DNA of 64,000 nucleotides from Setoptus koraiensis (GCA_048013815.1 CM106586.1:8804001-8868000), one strand, 5' to 3'. Numbered from the stretch's first letter, positions 11,454 through 25,696 are shown. Notes: generated by a model from the sequence alone, not told the origin. Numbers and translations are program-made.

Positions 11454-13805
11454 TCAAAATCGGTCAGGATTTTTCTTACATAGTGGAGCGTGTTGTTCGA
11501 GCAATGAAAACTGTAGAAAACCATGAAAGCAGAATGGACACTGGAAAGGGTCGGCAGCTTTGGCCTTCGTTGGATAATTTAGCTGTATCGGACTATCACT
11601 TTTGGCTGTTAATTGCAAAGTAGTTTGCTCCAACTTGCATATCTTTTGGGACGATTGAGTATTGTCACCAATTGATGGCTTCTTGTTTATCGGAGATTTA
11701 TTTATAGCTTTCTTTTTGGACTTAGTTGAAGGTGATTGACTCGAAAATATATCAGTGGGCAACTTTCGCTGAGTTGGAGAATTCTTTACCCTTGATTCTG
11801 AGGGAACTTTTTTGGTTGCTGGACTCTTAGTGAACGTCATCTCCAACAAACTTGTATTGCACTTTTTTGTACAAATATCAACATGACGTTCGAGATCGAA
11901 AAATTCAGCAAACGATTTGAAACAATATGGACACGGAAAGGCTTCTCCTGCAGCTTGCTGCTCTTCTTGCGATAGTTTGTTTAATTCTTGAGATCTAGAT
12001 TGGTCGGAATTACTTTGGCTTGTTTCAATTATGTCAACATCACCATTATCTGATTCGTTATTTTCTACACCGACACCATTGGTGCTGGCTATTTCTTCAT
12101 CACATTCGTTAGTTATATCAATACAGTCCTCCTCAACAGCACTTTGCTCCATTGGTGTACCATCGGCCTGATTCAATTCAAGGTTTTCGTCTTGAGGAGT
12201 TTCCTTAATTTGATCTTCATTATTACTGCCTGTCGGCAGTTCTTGATTTCTCAGGAGAGCATCGATGGTCATTTGAGTTTGCTTTGATGAATCATCAGCC
12301 AGGTTGGACAATCTGACTCCCATAAGTCTGAAGCCCACATCAGGCGGAGAATTTGCTATTTCGGTGAGAAGTAGATTTTTTGTGGCAGTAAAAATGACAG
12401 ATTTGTCATTTGTTGCGAAAAGCATTGTGTAACTTCTAACAAAAGTAGAGAAAGTAGTACGTTTGAGTTTCAGGGTTACAGTTCGTCCTCTTATTCGATG
12501 AGGCTTTAGATATTTTGTGCACAACTCTTCGCATATTCCATCTAGTCTATCAACGAGGGTCACTTGGTCTCTGGTTGGGGTGGAAAACGTTCTTTCAACC
12601 GACTTTGATTTTCGTTGCTCATCTGACTTTATTAAAGTAGATCCGTCTCCCAAGGCAACCCTTAAATAAAACTTAACATTAATAGGATAGAAGACTACGG
12701 GCAATAGATGACGTTTTTCATAAAGGTCACCACATGTCTTGATATCTAGAGCATGTAGAAACTGTGCAGATACTTTTCCTATTCCAGATATTTTCTCTAC
12801 TGGTGTATTATGTATGAAATCAGTGATGTCTTGCTTATAACCTTTTAATAGAAATTGCCCGTCTGGTTTGTTGATATCGGTGCATATTTTCGATAACAAT
12901 GTATTACATGCAATTCCAGCCGAACAGCGAAGCTTTGTCTTGTCAAACACTTTCTGTCTTAGTTCCTGAACAACTGTGTCAGCTCTCTCCCACCAGACTA
13001 GTGGTAAAGTGCCATCGTAATATTCTTGGTGCTCCATGTTATCATTTTGCAATGTTGACTTGACATAGTCCGTAAGATCCAAGTATGCCTCATCGAGACT
13101 CATAGAAGCTAGATCAGGATCATAGGTTTCTAAAACTTCAAAAACCTGATTGGAGGCAGCTCGATATTTGGACCCATTAGGTGATATGAGGATTAATTCT
13201 GGACAAAGCTTCTTGGCAATGAATCCCGGCATCGCAGCCCTTACTCCGAAGCGTCTAGCTACATAGTTTGAGGTGGCTATCATAGAATTACTACCCACTG
13301 CAACTGGTTTTTCTGCCAATTCAGGATTATCAAGAATCTCCACAGCGGCAAAGAACATGTCCAAGTCTATATGGGCAATAATTCTGTTGTAGACGCGTTG
13401 CTTATCCAACTCTTCTACCATAGCATCACAAGTAGTTTTTGCATTAGATAATTGGCTTGGAGTTGCCGATAATACCTTGTTCAACATCCTCTCGATGCTC
13501 TTATGGATTTCCTCTTGACGCTCGGCTTGCCTCTTGAAGAACAGGCTACCTTTTGAGGCTTGCTCTATTATGTCATTGATGCGATTCTTGTCTATACCCT
13601 GCATTCCAGCTTTTTCGCCAACATGCATAATCTCTGGAACTACTGTATTGATTTTGGTAGTCTCTTTTACAGCCGGTTGTGGCGGTGCTGGAGCCGGTTG
13701 TGGCGGAGCCGGAGGTGGCTCTGGAGGTGGATTCGGCCGACTTAAGTCGGGAATGTCATCAAATTGAGAATCCATGAAGGAATCAAAGTCCTCTACGCCG
13801 TCCAT
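11454..13805 (-). CDS. POLK: Y-family DNA polymerase kappa, intronless, 783 aa
   Basis: N-clasp region GMQGIDKNRINDIIEQASKGSLFF, HIDLDMFFAAVE, TSNYVARRFGVRAAMPGFIAKKLCP, SLDEAYLD, two C-terminal UBZ fingers (CPYC..H..C and CPFC..H..C). Confidence 0.96.
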   Translation of the reverse strand: MDGVEDFDSFMDSQFDDIPDLSRPNPPPEPPPAPPQPAPAPPQPAVKETTKINTVVPEIMHVGEKAGMQGIDKNRINDIIEQASKGSLFFKRQAERQEEIHKSIERMLNKVLSATPSQLSNAKTTCDAMVEELDKQRVYNRIIAHIDLDMFFAAVEILDNPELAEKPVAVGSNSMIATSNYVARRFGVRAAMPGFIAKKLCPELILISPNGSKYRAASNQVFEVLETYDPDLASMSLDEAYLDLTDYVKSTLQNDNMEHQEYYDGTLPLVWWERADTVVQELRQKVFDKTKLRCSAGIACNTLLSKICTDINKPDGQFLLKGYKQDITDFIHNTPVEKISGIGKVSAQFLHALDIKTCGDLYEKRHLLPVVFYPINVKFYLRVALGDGSTLIKSDEQRKSKSVERTFSTPTRDQVTLVDRLDGICEELCTKYLKPHRIRGRTVTLKLKRTTFSTFVRSYTMLFATNDKSVIFTATKNLLLTEIANSPPDVGFRLMGVRLSNLADDSSKQTQMTIDALLRNQELPTGSNNEDQIKETPQDENLELNQADGTPMEQSAVEEDCIDITNECDEEIASTNGVGVENNESDNGDVDIIETSQSNSDQSRSQELNKLSQEEQQAAGEAFPCPYCFKSFAEFFDLERHVDICTKKCNTSLLEMTFTKSPATKKVPSESRVKNSPTQRKLPTDIFSSQSPSTKSKKKAINKSPINKKPSIGDNTQSSQKICKLEQTTLQLTAKSDSPIQLNYPTKAKAADPFQCPFCFHGFLQFSLLEQHAPLCKKNPDRF

Positions 13806-14209
13806 TTCACACTAAATCCCCTGGTTATGTTGGGATTAAAAGTAATAATAGCTATGATAGAAATAAATTCTGGAGTGAAGTCGGACGAATTTAGTTACAT
13901 GTCGGATAGATATTGTGTCAACTCTAAACAAGTGATGATGACAGTGAAGATAGTTGTGCGGTTGTAATCCACTTGTAAACAACACAACTTCACCATGTGC
14001 TACACACGCTTTGAAAATGTCCGCTGTGATTCGGCATTGCGTTATTAGTGGTTACAGTGAGTTACGCCTGGAGGCGCTTCTCGCCACATTCGAAAATGCA
14101 TTCATTTGTTATTTATGTCCAACCAAATAACAAATTGCGAATTGACCGGTATTCTTCAATCGAGATAAAAGCATCTCGATTTGATTTATTATTATCATAA
14201 TTATACAAA

Positions 14210-14734
14210 ATGGCAATTTATATCAGTAGACTGCCGTTATCACTGTACAGGAATATTTTCAGGACGCCAACACAATTAGCTATTAGGTTCATTACGGTAA
14301 CCACCAAGGACTGTGCTCGGCGTATTGTAGTCGAAGAGAATGGAGAGGAGACCATCATAAAGGGTGTAAATGTTGTATCACCTAGACAGGGCTTCGTAGT
14401 CAACACACCAGAGACAACAATACATAAAACTGCATGCCCCTTGTGCAGGTTAAATCTTAGAGGTCTCAATCATACTGACACGCTCATACTAAATCAATTC
14501 GTGCTTCCGAATGGAGAGGTTATGGGGTTAAAAGATACAAAATTATGCTACAAACAGTATAAACTGGTTAAGAAGTTAATATCCCAGGCTCAGAGATGCA
14601 ACATCATGAAACGACCAAGTAATTACCTGATACCTGGACCTTGGCACGATATGAATACCTATATTGAGAGAGACAGAAGAAGAGACCGACCAATGAAAGT
14701 TGTTAAACCAGAATACTGGAAATATGCTGATTAA
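14210..14734 (+). CDS. MRPS18A: Mitochondrial ribosomal protein S18A (mL66)
   Basis: Mitochondrial presequence-like N-terminus; CPLCRLNLRGLNHTDTLILNQF, LC.KQ, and the arthropod-type tail PGPWHDMNTY. Confidence 0.85.
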   Translation: MAIYISRLPLSLYRNIFRTPTQLAIRFITVTTKDCARRIVVEENGEETIIKGVNVVSPRQGFVVNTPETTIHKTACPLCRLNLRGLNHTDTLILNQFVLPNGEVMGLKDTKLCYKQYKLVKKLISQAQRCNIMKRPSNYLIPGPWHDMNTYIERDRRRDRPMKVVKPEYWKYAD

Positions 14735-15066
14735 ATAATTTCCAGAAAGATAAAATAGCCTCAATAAATTCGTTCTATCAATTGATCGATTGATTCTTTT
14801 CTCAATGAATGATATTACCTAGCACATTTGCATGACGTGCCCACTTGTCATGCGCGCGCTTCCTTTAGAAGAAGTACAATAGTATTTTCTTTGGTCATTC
14901 TACTATTATACTTATATTGAACCTTCGCAAAAATAGCTATCATAACAATGATAACATATATATATATATTTGCAAAATGGAGCAACAGCAACAATCTTGC
15001 AATCAACTATAGAAGGACCTTCAGCCTTTTTGTCCTTTGATTTTAAAATATAAAAATTGAGACAGG

Positions 15067-18000
15067 ATGTTTCTCACATTAGTCAGTTTAGCATCAGTTA
15101 TAACCACTTTGCTTGTGAGCATAGTTGTTATACGAGCTCAAGAGCTGTTCATTAATAGCACAGTTAATAATTTATTAGAACAAACGGAAATCTCATCAAT
15201 TGGCAATGATAGAGAAGAAGACAATCGACAAACGTTACACATAGCCGCGCTATTTCCTATGAGCGGAACTGGAGGATGGATAGGAGGTTATGGTTGTCTA
15301 CCTGCAGTTCTCATGGCTTTGGACGATGTCAATGCAAACAAGGATTTATTACCTGGCTACAAACTCAAATTGACTCATAATGATAGTCAATGCAACCCAG
15401 GTAAAGCCGCAAGATATATGTATGACATGATCTATCGGCCTCCCAAGAAAATCATATTGGTTTGCGGCTGTTCCACAGTATGCTCTATTGTTGCCGAGAG
15501 CGCGAACATGTGGAATCTTATTGTTGTGGGATATGGATCATCATCTCCAGCACTTAGTGATAGAAGCAGATTTCCTACATTCTTCCGCACTCACCCTTCA
15601 GCTACAATACACAATCCAACTCGCATAAAACTCTTTGAAAAGTTTGGCTGGTCCAGAGTGGCAATCATATTAGAAACAGAAGAGGTGTTCATTGAGACGG
15701 CAAGAGATTTAGAGCAACGATGTCGAGCCAGGAATATTCAATTATTGACGCGCGTATCATTTGTTCGGCAACCATCTGACGCTATGGACAATCTTAAAAG
15801 AGCCGATCCTAGGATCATAATTGGCATGTTTTACAAGCACGCTGCTCGCAGAGTAATGTGCGAGGCCTACAAAAGAGGACTCTACGGAGAAAAGTATGTC
15901 TGGTTTCTTATCGGTTGGTACGAAGATGATTGGTGGACAGATGTGACAGATCTTGAATGTAACTACGATCAAATGAAAGCAGTCGTTGAGGGTCATCTAA
16001 CCACCGAGGCGTTAGTTTTGAATCAGGACAACAAAAAGACAGTGTCGGGAATGACTTCGAAAGATTGGCTCAAACGCTACCAAAAGGAACTATCAAGAAA
16101 TCCAGCTCCACTGAACAAAGTTGTCTCTGCCTCTCAGAAGAATCCATTAGAAAAATTGAATACTGTCACAGTTCAAGCTCGACCTGAGGGTTATCAAGAG
16201 GCTCCATTAGCCTACGATGCAATATGGGCTATAGCACTTGCATTAAATCGCACGATATCAGATCTGGATAAGCTCAAATTGACTATCGATCAATTCAATT
16301 ATACCCACACACCACATATCAAGAATGTGTTCCTTGACAATCTCAGGAAGACCAATTTCTTAGGTATTTCAGGAGAGGTCGCTTTCTCAGATATAGGTGA
16401 TCGTATAGCTTGGACTCAGATAGAACAACTGACTGACGGCAATTACACTGTGATAGGATACTACGATACAAGAACAAACAACCTTTCATTAGAAGACTCT
16501 AAAATAGTATGGCCAAGAGGAGAACATCCGCGAGATAGAACAATAATCATGGAATTGATTCAATACTTATCGCTGCCCTACATGGTAAGCTTTTGTTTGA
16601 TTAGTATCGTTGGAATACTCGGATCTATCGGATTAATATATTTCAATTGGTCAAGAAGGAATGATGGGTGAGTATATTGAACCATCTCAACTCTCGAATA
16701 GCTTGCAAAGTTTCTTCTTCTGTTTTTCTAATGACAAAATTTCTTCCACTTCCTACAAATTTCTGTTTAGTTTGATTAAAATGTCACACCCCTTAACTAA
16801 CAATCTAATGCTATTAGGTTGTATTGTTTGCCTGCTGAGTGCAATCCTATTTGGTTTGGATGGTCGCTTCATAACACCCAGCTACTATTATCTCTTGTGT
16901 GACTCTAGAGCTTGGTGTCTGAGCATTGGTTTCTCATTATTCTTTGGGTCTATGTTCTGGAAAGTTTGGCAATCTTATGTTCTATCTACGAGAAATTCGA
17001 CAATGCGTTGCACAAATAAGCAAGTGTTTATTATGGTAGGGTCATTTTGCTTAATAGATTTTATAATTTTAACCACATGGAAGATCTATGAACCAATGGA
17101 TCGTATAACGGAAAAGGTTAAAGAACAGTCCGGTTTAGAGCTGAACATGGGCGACGATGTCATTGTAAGTAAGAATTTATATTCAACCAAGTGTCAACTT
17201 ATTAGATATCCCAATCTCATTATATCTTATCAACCATTGTAATTGATAACCCCTACCTGCCAGGTGGAGCTTAAGATCGAATACTGTCGAGCCAATCTAT
17301 ATTGGTATTACATTTTATTTTGTTATAAAGGACTATTATTGGTCTTTGGCCTATTTCTGTCCTATGAAACAAGAAGCGTAAAACTGCGTCAATTGAACGA
17401 TTCAAAGTTGGTTGGGATGTGCATATACAATGTTGCAATAATGTGCTTTATTACCGGACCTGTATCTTTGGTGAATTTGATGCGACAGCAAGTAAATTAT
17501 CATTATGCGTTTGTTGCTTCGACGATTATTTTTTGCTGCTACCTGTCTATGACACTTATATTTATACCGAAACTATTGGAATATTTGAGGCGCCAACGCA
17601 ATAAATCTGGCACTAGCGTCAATAACATTGTTGCAGATAACAGATCCAGTCGTGACGATGAAGAACAATATCAGCGTTTGGATAGAGAAAATCGCGATTT
17701 GGCAGACAAGATAAAAGAGAAAGATTTTCAAATTCAAACTGTCATCAGACGCATCGATGCGGCTCAAGAGCAAGCTAATTTAGCCGAGCGAACGGCTCTA
17801 AGGGAACGACGCGTCATAAAACGAGTTGTTAGAATATCGGAGCCCCAGGGTGAAGAGCAAGACCATCCCGAATCCGAAAAATATCAACGCAATAACTCAT
17901 CAGCGAATCGAACAGCAAACCACCATTCCTTGGACAATGGTGGTGGCTTGACAACACAGTTAAAAGATGGAAATGGTACAACAAATTGTAAAGGTAGCAA

Positions 18001-18103
18001 CAACGGAAACAACCGTATATCTTCTTCCTACATAGATCCTCTCAGCGATTCCGGTTTGGGAACGTCGAAAAAATGCTCCGATATTGACCTATCTCATTTG
18101 TAG
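15067..18103 (+). CDS. GABA-B-R1: Metabotropic GABA-B receptor subunit 1, 3 exons
   Basis: Exons 15067-16667, 16771-17164, 17264-18103 (GT-AG, phases consistent). Venus-flytrap motifs YGSSSPALSDRSRFPTFFRTHPSA and EGYQEAPLAYDAIWAIALALN; 7TM motif YKGLLLVFGLFLSYETRSVKLRQLNDSKLVGMCIYNV; C-terminal coiled coil. Confidence 0.95.
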
Positions 18104-18770
18104 TTTACACTAATCGGGCCATTTGTTATAATCTTGCAAATTTATTATTGCCCACCGAATTTACTTGAAATAAAATATATTCTACTCAGTCTATTGTAAT
18201 CGATGAGCATTTCTTGGTGATATCTTCTGTATTCACCGAGCCACTTGTTTGAAACTTTAAAACATCGCAATTCATCTCCGCATGCCTGTTCATGTGATTG
18301 CGCTGCTACACTTCGATTTCATCATATGTGTCACATTTTTCATGAAGAGAAAATTGCGTTTTTACCTAGGGGGCGTAGATTTCATTCTGGATTAAGCGAG
18401 CGTGGAAGTGACCTCTGATGTGCAAGATTTTAAGTGCAAACAGGTCAGCAGAAAATGGACGCATCACTCACCGGTGGCTGTGATTGCGTATTTTGCTTGC
18501 ACATTCTTGGATCTGCACACCGGCGCACAACTGTATTAGCGGACACATGCGCGCTGTAGTTGGTTGGCGGGCAATCGTTCGTTGTCCTTTGACACACATA
18601 CAAAATACTCATGAGGCACTGCCGAAACATTGTTATTTCTCAATGTAATAATTTATATTCTCAAATACAGATGAATTAAAAATAGTCATTTACAGTCTGC
18701 AAACATTGTCAAACTTTAACTGTAATTGCAGTTGACGCATTATTTTTTGTACCAATATTAATATATTCCG

Positions 18771-21700
18771 ATGTCGGGTGTTGTATTTACGGCGCACCCT
18801 AAAACAAAAGCCAAGGCGAAAGCGAAGCCTAAAAATCGTTACAACTATGATAGGAAAACGACAAACGAAAAGAAATACAATTACAACAATGAAGGAACAA
18901 ACTCCAGTGCCAGTGCCAGTGTCTCTCAAAAGGTTGAATTATGTGGTGTGGTCAATCATCGTTTCAGTGTCCTAGGTGTCGACATTGAATTCCCATTTCC
19001 ACCTTATGGTATCCAAAAAGCTATGATGAACAAGATAATATTAGCTTTATCCAACAAACAACATTGTCTCATTGAAAGTCCCACCGGTACAGGCAAAACG
19101 CTGGTTTTGGTGTGTTCGGTTTTGGCCTGGCAAAGGAAATCTACAGAATTATTGCATCCATTTGTATCTAAAAAATATCAGGAGAACCTACGTGAGAAAA
19201 GACAAGATAGTAAGGGCAACATGTCAAAACCTTGCACATGCGGACGGCGTCCGAATTATAAAGGCAAACAAATTGATGAAGACTTTGTGCGAATTGAACA
19301 TGATGCAAATGATGAGAGTTGTCTTAAGAAGCCAAGACTCTCCGATAGTCCACCTTTAGTCATCAACCTCCCAGACAGGAATGATCTCGATGCAACAGTT
19401 ATCGCATTTGACGATGATGACGATGATTGTAAGATTGTCGAATTTGACTCGAATAAGCCAGACAAGAATTTAAATATCGATAATATCGAGAATATTGCCG
19501 TCCATGAACCAACACTCAAGGCAGGTAACTGTCAGAAATATGCAGAAGAATTATGTGCGTCGTGCATGGCTTTAGAGGCTGAAAAAACTTATCTGGAACT
19601 ATGTGGCGATGAATCTCAAGATGGATCCTCTACAGCCGGGGTAGACCAACCAAACCAAAAAACAATCGTGGATCCTGAGGTGCGCAAATGCAGAATTCCA
19701 AAAATTTACTATGGCTCTAGAACTCATAAACAAATATCGCAAGTTGTTCGCGAAGTCAACAAGACAGATTACAGGTCTCGATTGAATATGACAATTCTCT
19801 CATCACGCGATAGAGCTTGCATTAACGAAGAAGTCAAAAGCCTCTCAAATCGAAACGATCGTTGCAGGGAGCTTGTATCCAACACCATCAGGCCAGATGA
19901 TAAGAATATTAAGCCTATATGTCCATTCTATCAGGACAATCAAACTAGAGAAGTTGGGTTTTTAGCGATGCAAGAGCATTTCCAAGACAGAGCATTTGAT
20001 ATCGAGGACGCAACAAACTTTGCTCAAGAGCATCGAGCCTGTCCATTCTATGGCTTGCGGGCAATTCAATCTAAAGTAGACATAACTTTCTGTCCTTACA
20101 ACTATATACTCGATCCAATGATTCGGCAAACCATGAAAATCAGCCTGAAGAATTCCATAGTTATACTGGATGAAGCACATAATATTGAGGACACCTGTAG
20201 AGATAGCGCCTCGTTCAACATTACCTCCAAAAACGTAAGTATCTATTGTACCTAATACCGTTGCAAATCAATTATCATTTACTGATCGTGTCGTTTATAT
20301 TACGTTCGATTATGCTCTCGCCAAACAAAAACAGATTGACGATATCACAGAATGTATCAAAGTTGCAATCAATCAGAATTCCGTTGCCGCCCAAAATTTG
20401 TACGAAGCACTGTATTTCTTCAAAAATCTTTTGATGACCCTTGAGATGTGGATGAGAGGTCAGCCTTTCGATGAGAAGTCTGACGCAAACTCCTCAGACT
20501 GGTCTAAATCTATCAATTATGAAGGTCGGGAAATGATGAACATGTTAGAGTCATTAGATTTAGGTAAGTCGAGATTGGCGACGATCAGAAACAATCTGAG
20601 CACTATCAAAGGTTCGGAGGAAAATGAAAATGAAACTAGAGACCCTAACAAGATCAAAGAACAGCCGGCATTGAGTGGTGCTCAAGTCCAAGTTATTGAA
20701 AAAATGTTACTGGCTATCGAATATATGCATTTGGATGATTCGAAGAATGTGGATGTCTATAAATTAGTTGTAACTCGTTCCTTAAACAGGGATCCACCAG
20801 CCAAGATGAAAGATTTGGATGCTTCTGTCGAACAACAGCAAAAATACGTTTACGAAATGAATTTATTCTGCATGAGTCCAGCTGTCGCGTTCGGACAAGT
20901 TCGCGATCAAGCTTGGTCGATAATTGTTGCGTCGGGAACTTTGTCTCCATTGGAATCCCTAAAAACGGAACTTGGGACAAGTTTTGGTTGCTGTTTTGAG
21001 GGTATGCATGTAATTAGAAAGGAACAAATATTTGCGACAATAATACCAAGAGGTCCCAATGGAATAGATACAAATTGTTCATATGGAAAAAATCAGCAGT
21101 TAAACGTGCAAGACGAGATTGGACTTATAGTGGTAGATGTGTGTAAAAAAGTTCCCAACGGAGTTTTGTGTTTTTTCCCCAGTTATGACTTGATGGATAA
21201 ACTCTATCAGCGATGGTTTCACAAAGGGTTTGTCAACCAGATACGAAGATTTGGCAAGAGTGTTCGTCGAGAAAGTAAAGATTTAGATCAAGAGGAATTC
21301 GAGCAAGAACTAAAAGACTTCAATAAGGAGGCGATTATTCAAGGTGCAATCCTTTTCGCCGTCTTCCGTGGAAAAGTTAGTGAAGGTATCGACTTCGCGG
21401 ACAAAGCTGCCAGAGCAGTTATAACTGTTGGAATTCCGTACCCTAATATCAAGAATACACAAGTTAATTTGAAAAAAAAGTACAATGACGAACTCAAGAA
21501 AATTACACCAACAATTATGTCAGGAAATGATTGGTACAGTTCACAAGGTTTTAGAGCCCTCAATCAAGCTTTAGGTAGATGTATCAGGCACCAAAATGAC
21601 TGGGGCGCGATACTGATGTTGGACTCAAGATTGTCATGGCCTAAAAATCAATCGAATTTATCTAAATGGATTCGCCAGTTAATGCAAACATGCAACACCT

Positions 21701-21777
21701 ATCGGGATGTTTCGGATGGTTTAGATAGATTTATCGCGTCTAGAGTCTCCATTGTTGATGAAAATCAAAACACTTGA
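18771..21777 (+). CDS. BRIP1: FANCJ/BRIP1 Fe-S helicase, 2 exons
   Basis: Exons 18771-20234 and 20335-21777. QKAMMNKII..HCLIESPTGTGKT..LAWQ, four Fe-S Cys (RACI, DRCR, ICPFY, ACPFY), ILDEAHNIED, RGKVSEGIDF, RALNQALGRCIRHQNDWGAILMLDSR. Confidence 0.93.
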
Positions 21778-22054
21778 TGAACCGACCATCTAAGTAAAAT
21801 TGTGATAAATCAAAAGTTCCAGCTTTTTATTGGACGAGTTACGTAGTTATTTTTGATTGTTAAACCATCAAATCATGAGTAGTTTGATTGATTTTATCTC
21901 AGAATTTATAATCTAAGGTCTTCTCTAATTTTCATTTCTAAGAGGAGTACATCGGTGAGAGTGGTACAGACGAAAATGAAGACAAGAATGAGAGTATCTC
22001 ACTTTGTACTTTCATTGATTTGATTATTAATCCGCTGGTGATTGACTTGACTTG

Positions 22055-24767
22055 TTATTTAACTTTCTCTCTGATGACGGGGTCATGTGGTAAGGGCTTC
22101 TTTAGTTGATGCAATTGTTTAATTGCTTGACTCTCGGCAGTTTGCTTGAATTGCTTCTCTTGTTGGCGCATTTGATTAGGAGTATTATAATGACTATTTG
22201 TGGGCGATGGCGCAGATGATGACGGAGATGATATAGAAGGTGAAGACAACGTCGTGTAATTGAGACGACGATGATGTTGATGATGATTGTCGTAATCTAT
22301 GTCTAGTATTGTTGTAAATATATAATGTGGGTATAATTTAAAGCATAGAAGAAAACAAGCTCCAATAAAGATTGATGTAGTACCTAGTAAATTGTTGTGA
22401 ATGTAGTAAATAATGGTGGATTTTGTTAGAATACATGAGAAAAATTAACAAGAAATTCGAGAATTCAAACAAAACAACGATAATTGCCAGTATTGTTGTT
22501 GTTATGAATACGCGTATATGTGTATGTCAAATCGAGTATGTTATGCATGATATAGGCGAAAGCAACAATTGAAAGTTGGTTAGCTAATTTGTGCCCTCAT
22601 TAAAATCTACTTTTATTATTGTTGAATTCAATTTTGTTTACGTACACGACTAGCAAGTTGCTAGTAGCAACACAATGATGGTGTTCGTGATACTATTATA
22701 ACTAGTATATGATTTATTTACTTTCTCTCTATCTATCGCGCTCGCTCTTAGCGAACTATCTCCGAACTCGCTCTCTATCAATCATCTATTATAGACAGAT
22801 GTAAGTAAGCACTGACAAGTGTGAGTAGTTTTAACTTTTATTGCATAATTGCGTGCATAATAATCATGCCTGTCGTTGCGCGTTGCCGTAATTAGCATAT
22901 TAACTTTGCATTTTTTGATCTCGTTGTCTATCGAGTGTTGTCGGTGTTGTTGTTGTTGTTGAAGCAACGCGACGAATCATCTGCCAATCATAGAGAGTAA
23001 TTGTTATTTTAAATCTATAACTATCTTTCTTTAGCCATCATTCATCTGTTGCGCTATCATGAAGTAGAGTTCATTCATTCTGTTTGATAATTACTATTAT
23101 TCTTTTAGGCATAGTTATAACAAGAAGCTACTCAAAAAAGAGACTTTCTTTTCTTTTATTTCACTTAATGTGCGCGAGTTGCTGCTGGTTCTGGCAAACA
23201 GCACCAACTAAAACTGTCTTTCCTATCTCTGAATATACTACTACTACCACAACCACTGTTACTGACAGTGTTAGCTAGTTAACGCTAACAATTCTACTAC
23301 TACTACTACTACAACCACAGCCACCACTACCACCAGCAGTGCCACCACTAGCTCTAACACTATTAATACTGCTGTTACTACTCACCTGCAATCATAACCA
23401 TCCAAAAGGACCAGCCAAATCTGAAGGTAAGATAGTGTCCTTCAAATGGTATCACTAATTGATGTTTGTTATTAGGAACAATAAGCCAATATAATAAATT
23501 TGTACCTAACATAATGGAACCCACAATGAGCATAGTATACACTCCATACTTGGGGGCAGCACAAAGCAAAACATTCATCACAATCCAAGTGGCGAAGGCC
23601 ATCCTATGTGACACATATGGACGTGGTGACATATTTTGAGACACAGAGTGGTTGGCGCGCCAAAAGCATCAAGTTATTACGTCATTAGAGTTATAGAAAC
23701 ATTGTTAGTTAACTAGGTGTTGAAAGAATGTTTTGTTTGAGTTTGCATATTGCATCCAATTAAAGGTGTGTTGACATCGGTCAAGACAACACAAGCTATT
23801 CAGTTAGAGAGGTCTTACCATAGGAGCTGATCGGCATAATAGCCGGCTTGGCGGTATTGCCTGCTCCAGGAGAATCCGCCCTCATCTTGGCTTAAGTACT
23901 CGGCAACGGTCAGTATAGGATAGGGGAGGCCGCGCTCAAGCGCCTTATGAAACTCTTGTCGCATCTCGGTGGCTAACCATGATCGATCATGATTGTTTTT
24001 GATAGATCAATTGACGAGTGATTGATGTGATCGAATTGTTGTTGTGATTGGTTTGTTGGTGTTGATGATGGCGTTGGTGTGGTTATTGATTTGGCGAGTT
24101 TGTTGTGCAAGTTGATTGCGATTATAGACACAATTAGTTAGGATATGTAGACGTAATTGATGCATAAATACAGGCATGTCATACATAGGAGTTATTAAAG
24201 TATTAAGTAAATAAATAACTACTCACGTTCAATCCAATAGAAACGTTCATTGTAATTGATGTCGTCATTGTGCGCCCTCAATGTTATATTGACGGACTTT
24301 AATCCTATTTTGACACTTAAATCAGCGGATATCCTCTCTCTTGAGAAGGCTCTATATGGACTAGATATGGTGGCATGAGCTCGTTGCCAATCAGTACCCA
24401 ATACTGATGTTAATATAATAACGCCAACAAATAATGACACTGTCACAGATATTAATGTGGAAAATTTCTCTTGTCTAATACCGGGAAATATAATTAGGAA
24501 GGCCACATAACCAGTGAAGAATGCCACATAAATAAAAATAATCCTCATATCCTCATAAGCCGGCGTTCTATTTGATGACATATACAATATGGGATTGTTT
24601 GCATGTCCAAATGGATCGTCCACTTGTGACTGTTGTTGTTGTTGTTGTGGCGGCTGTGGCTGTGGATGAGATGGGGCTTGAAAAGATGAGGATGAGGAAC
24701 TATCATGTATATTGGGGCTATTTGGGGTGGCTTGCACCAATGCAAGTGCGATGTAAATTGCGATCAT
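22055..24767 (-). CDS. DUOXA1: Dual oxidase maturation factor (DUOXA/NIP/moladietz), 4 exons
   Basis: Exons 24767-24227, 23972-23819, 23603-23386, 22383-22055 with consistent phases. Motifs FLIIFPGIR, INYNERFYW, KALERGLPYPILTVAEYL, YRQAGYY, FGWSFW. Start codon uncertain. Confidence 0.93.
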
Positions 24768-25245
24768 CTCCTAGTTGTTGTTGTTGTCGTCTGATCGGTG
24801 TTGTTGCTTATGTCGCTAATGTTGCTTGTGCAGTGTGTTGTGCTGTTGTTGTTGTTTATTGTCTGTATCGGTTCTTTTTCTCTCAACTATCGCTTATTAG
24901 CTGTAATAGCAATAGTTGTTGTACTGGCGATAGTAACGTTAGTGGCGGTGCTGGTTCTGGTGGTGGTTGTTGCCGTTGCTGTTGCCGTTGTTGCAACATT
25001 GCTTATACTGGATGGATAGTGTCAGCAATAGTTGTATTATTAAAACTACTGTTATTGTCGTTGTCGTCGTGGTGGTTGTCGCTGTCGTTGTCGCTGTCCT
25101 TGTTGTCGTTGTCGTTACTTTTCAGTCAGTCGTCGCTGGCCGATAGATAGTATTAGTACAGTACTTGGTACGACAACAACCACCAGCCGACTTAAAAAGC
25201 AGAGCGACAAACTAGCCAATCTAGCAAATTGCTACAATCATGCCT

Positions 25246-25250
<5 letters not shown>

Positions 25251-25324
<74 letters not shown>
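25251..25324. repeat. Perfect (CA)37 microsatellite
   Basis: Uninterrupted CA run read directly from the sequence. Confidence 0.97.
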
Positions 25325-25328
<4 letters not shown>

Positions 25329-25654
25329 TATATGCATGTAACAGGTGTAGAGTGGGTATAAATAAGAGAGAGAGAGTCTTAGAAAAGTTTTAAATTGTGC
25401 GCAAGGTCAGAATGATAGATAGTCAGACAGAATGAGATTGCAAGAGAGAGAGAGTGAGCGAAAGAAAAAGAGAGATTGGCTCTCTCATCATCAGATGAGA
25501 TTAAAAGAGAAGAGAAGCCAAGAGAAGAAAAAATGGCCAGCTAGCGAAGGCATGTAAGCGGGCACAGTTCGTCTGCTGTTCGAACATGTCGTTTAGATGG
25601 ATTTTTGATAAGGTCGCTTAACGGTTAAATGAAAGGTGCGTCATGTTGCGCTGC

Positions 25655-25696
25655 ATTATTATTATTATCATTATTATTATTATTATTATTATTATT
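25655..25696. repeat. (ATT)n microsatellite with one interruption
   Basis: attattattattatcattattattattattattattattatt. Confidence 0.9.

Noticed and set aside
6618-21777. DNA-repair gene cluster (BRAP, POLK, FANCJ)
   Set aside because: Interspersed with unrelated genes, and BRAP2 acts mainly in cytoplasmic signalling; chance proximity in a dense genome suffices.
24572-25150. Long hydrophobic + strand ORFs (24572-25150, 24798-25019)
   Set aside because: Antisense translation of CAA/CAG/GAC triplet repeats at the DUOXA 5' end.
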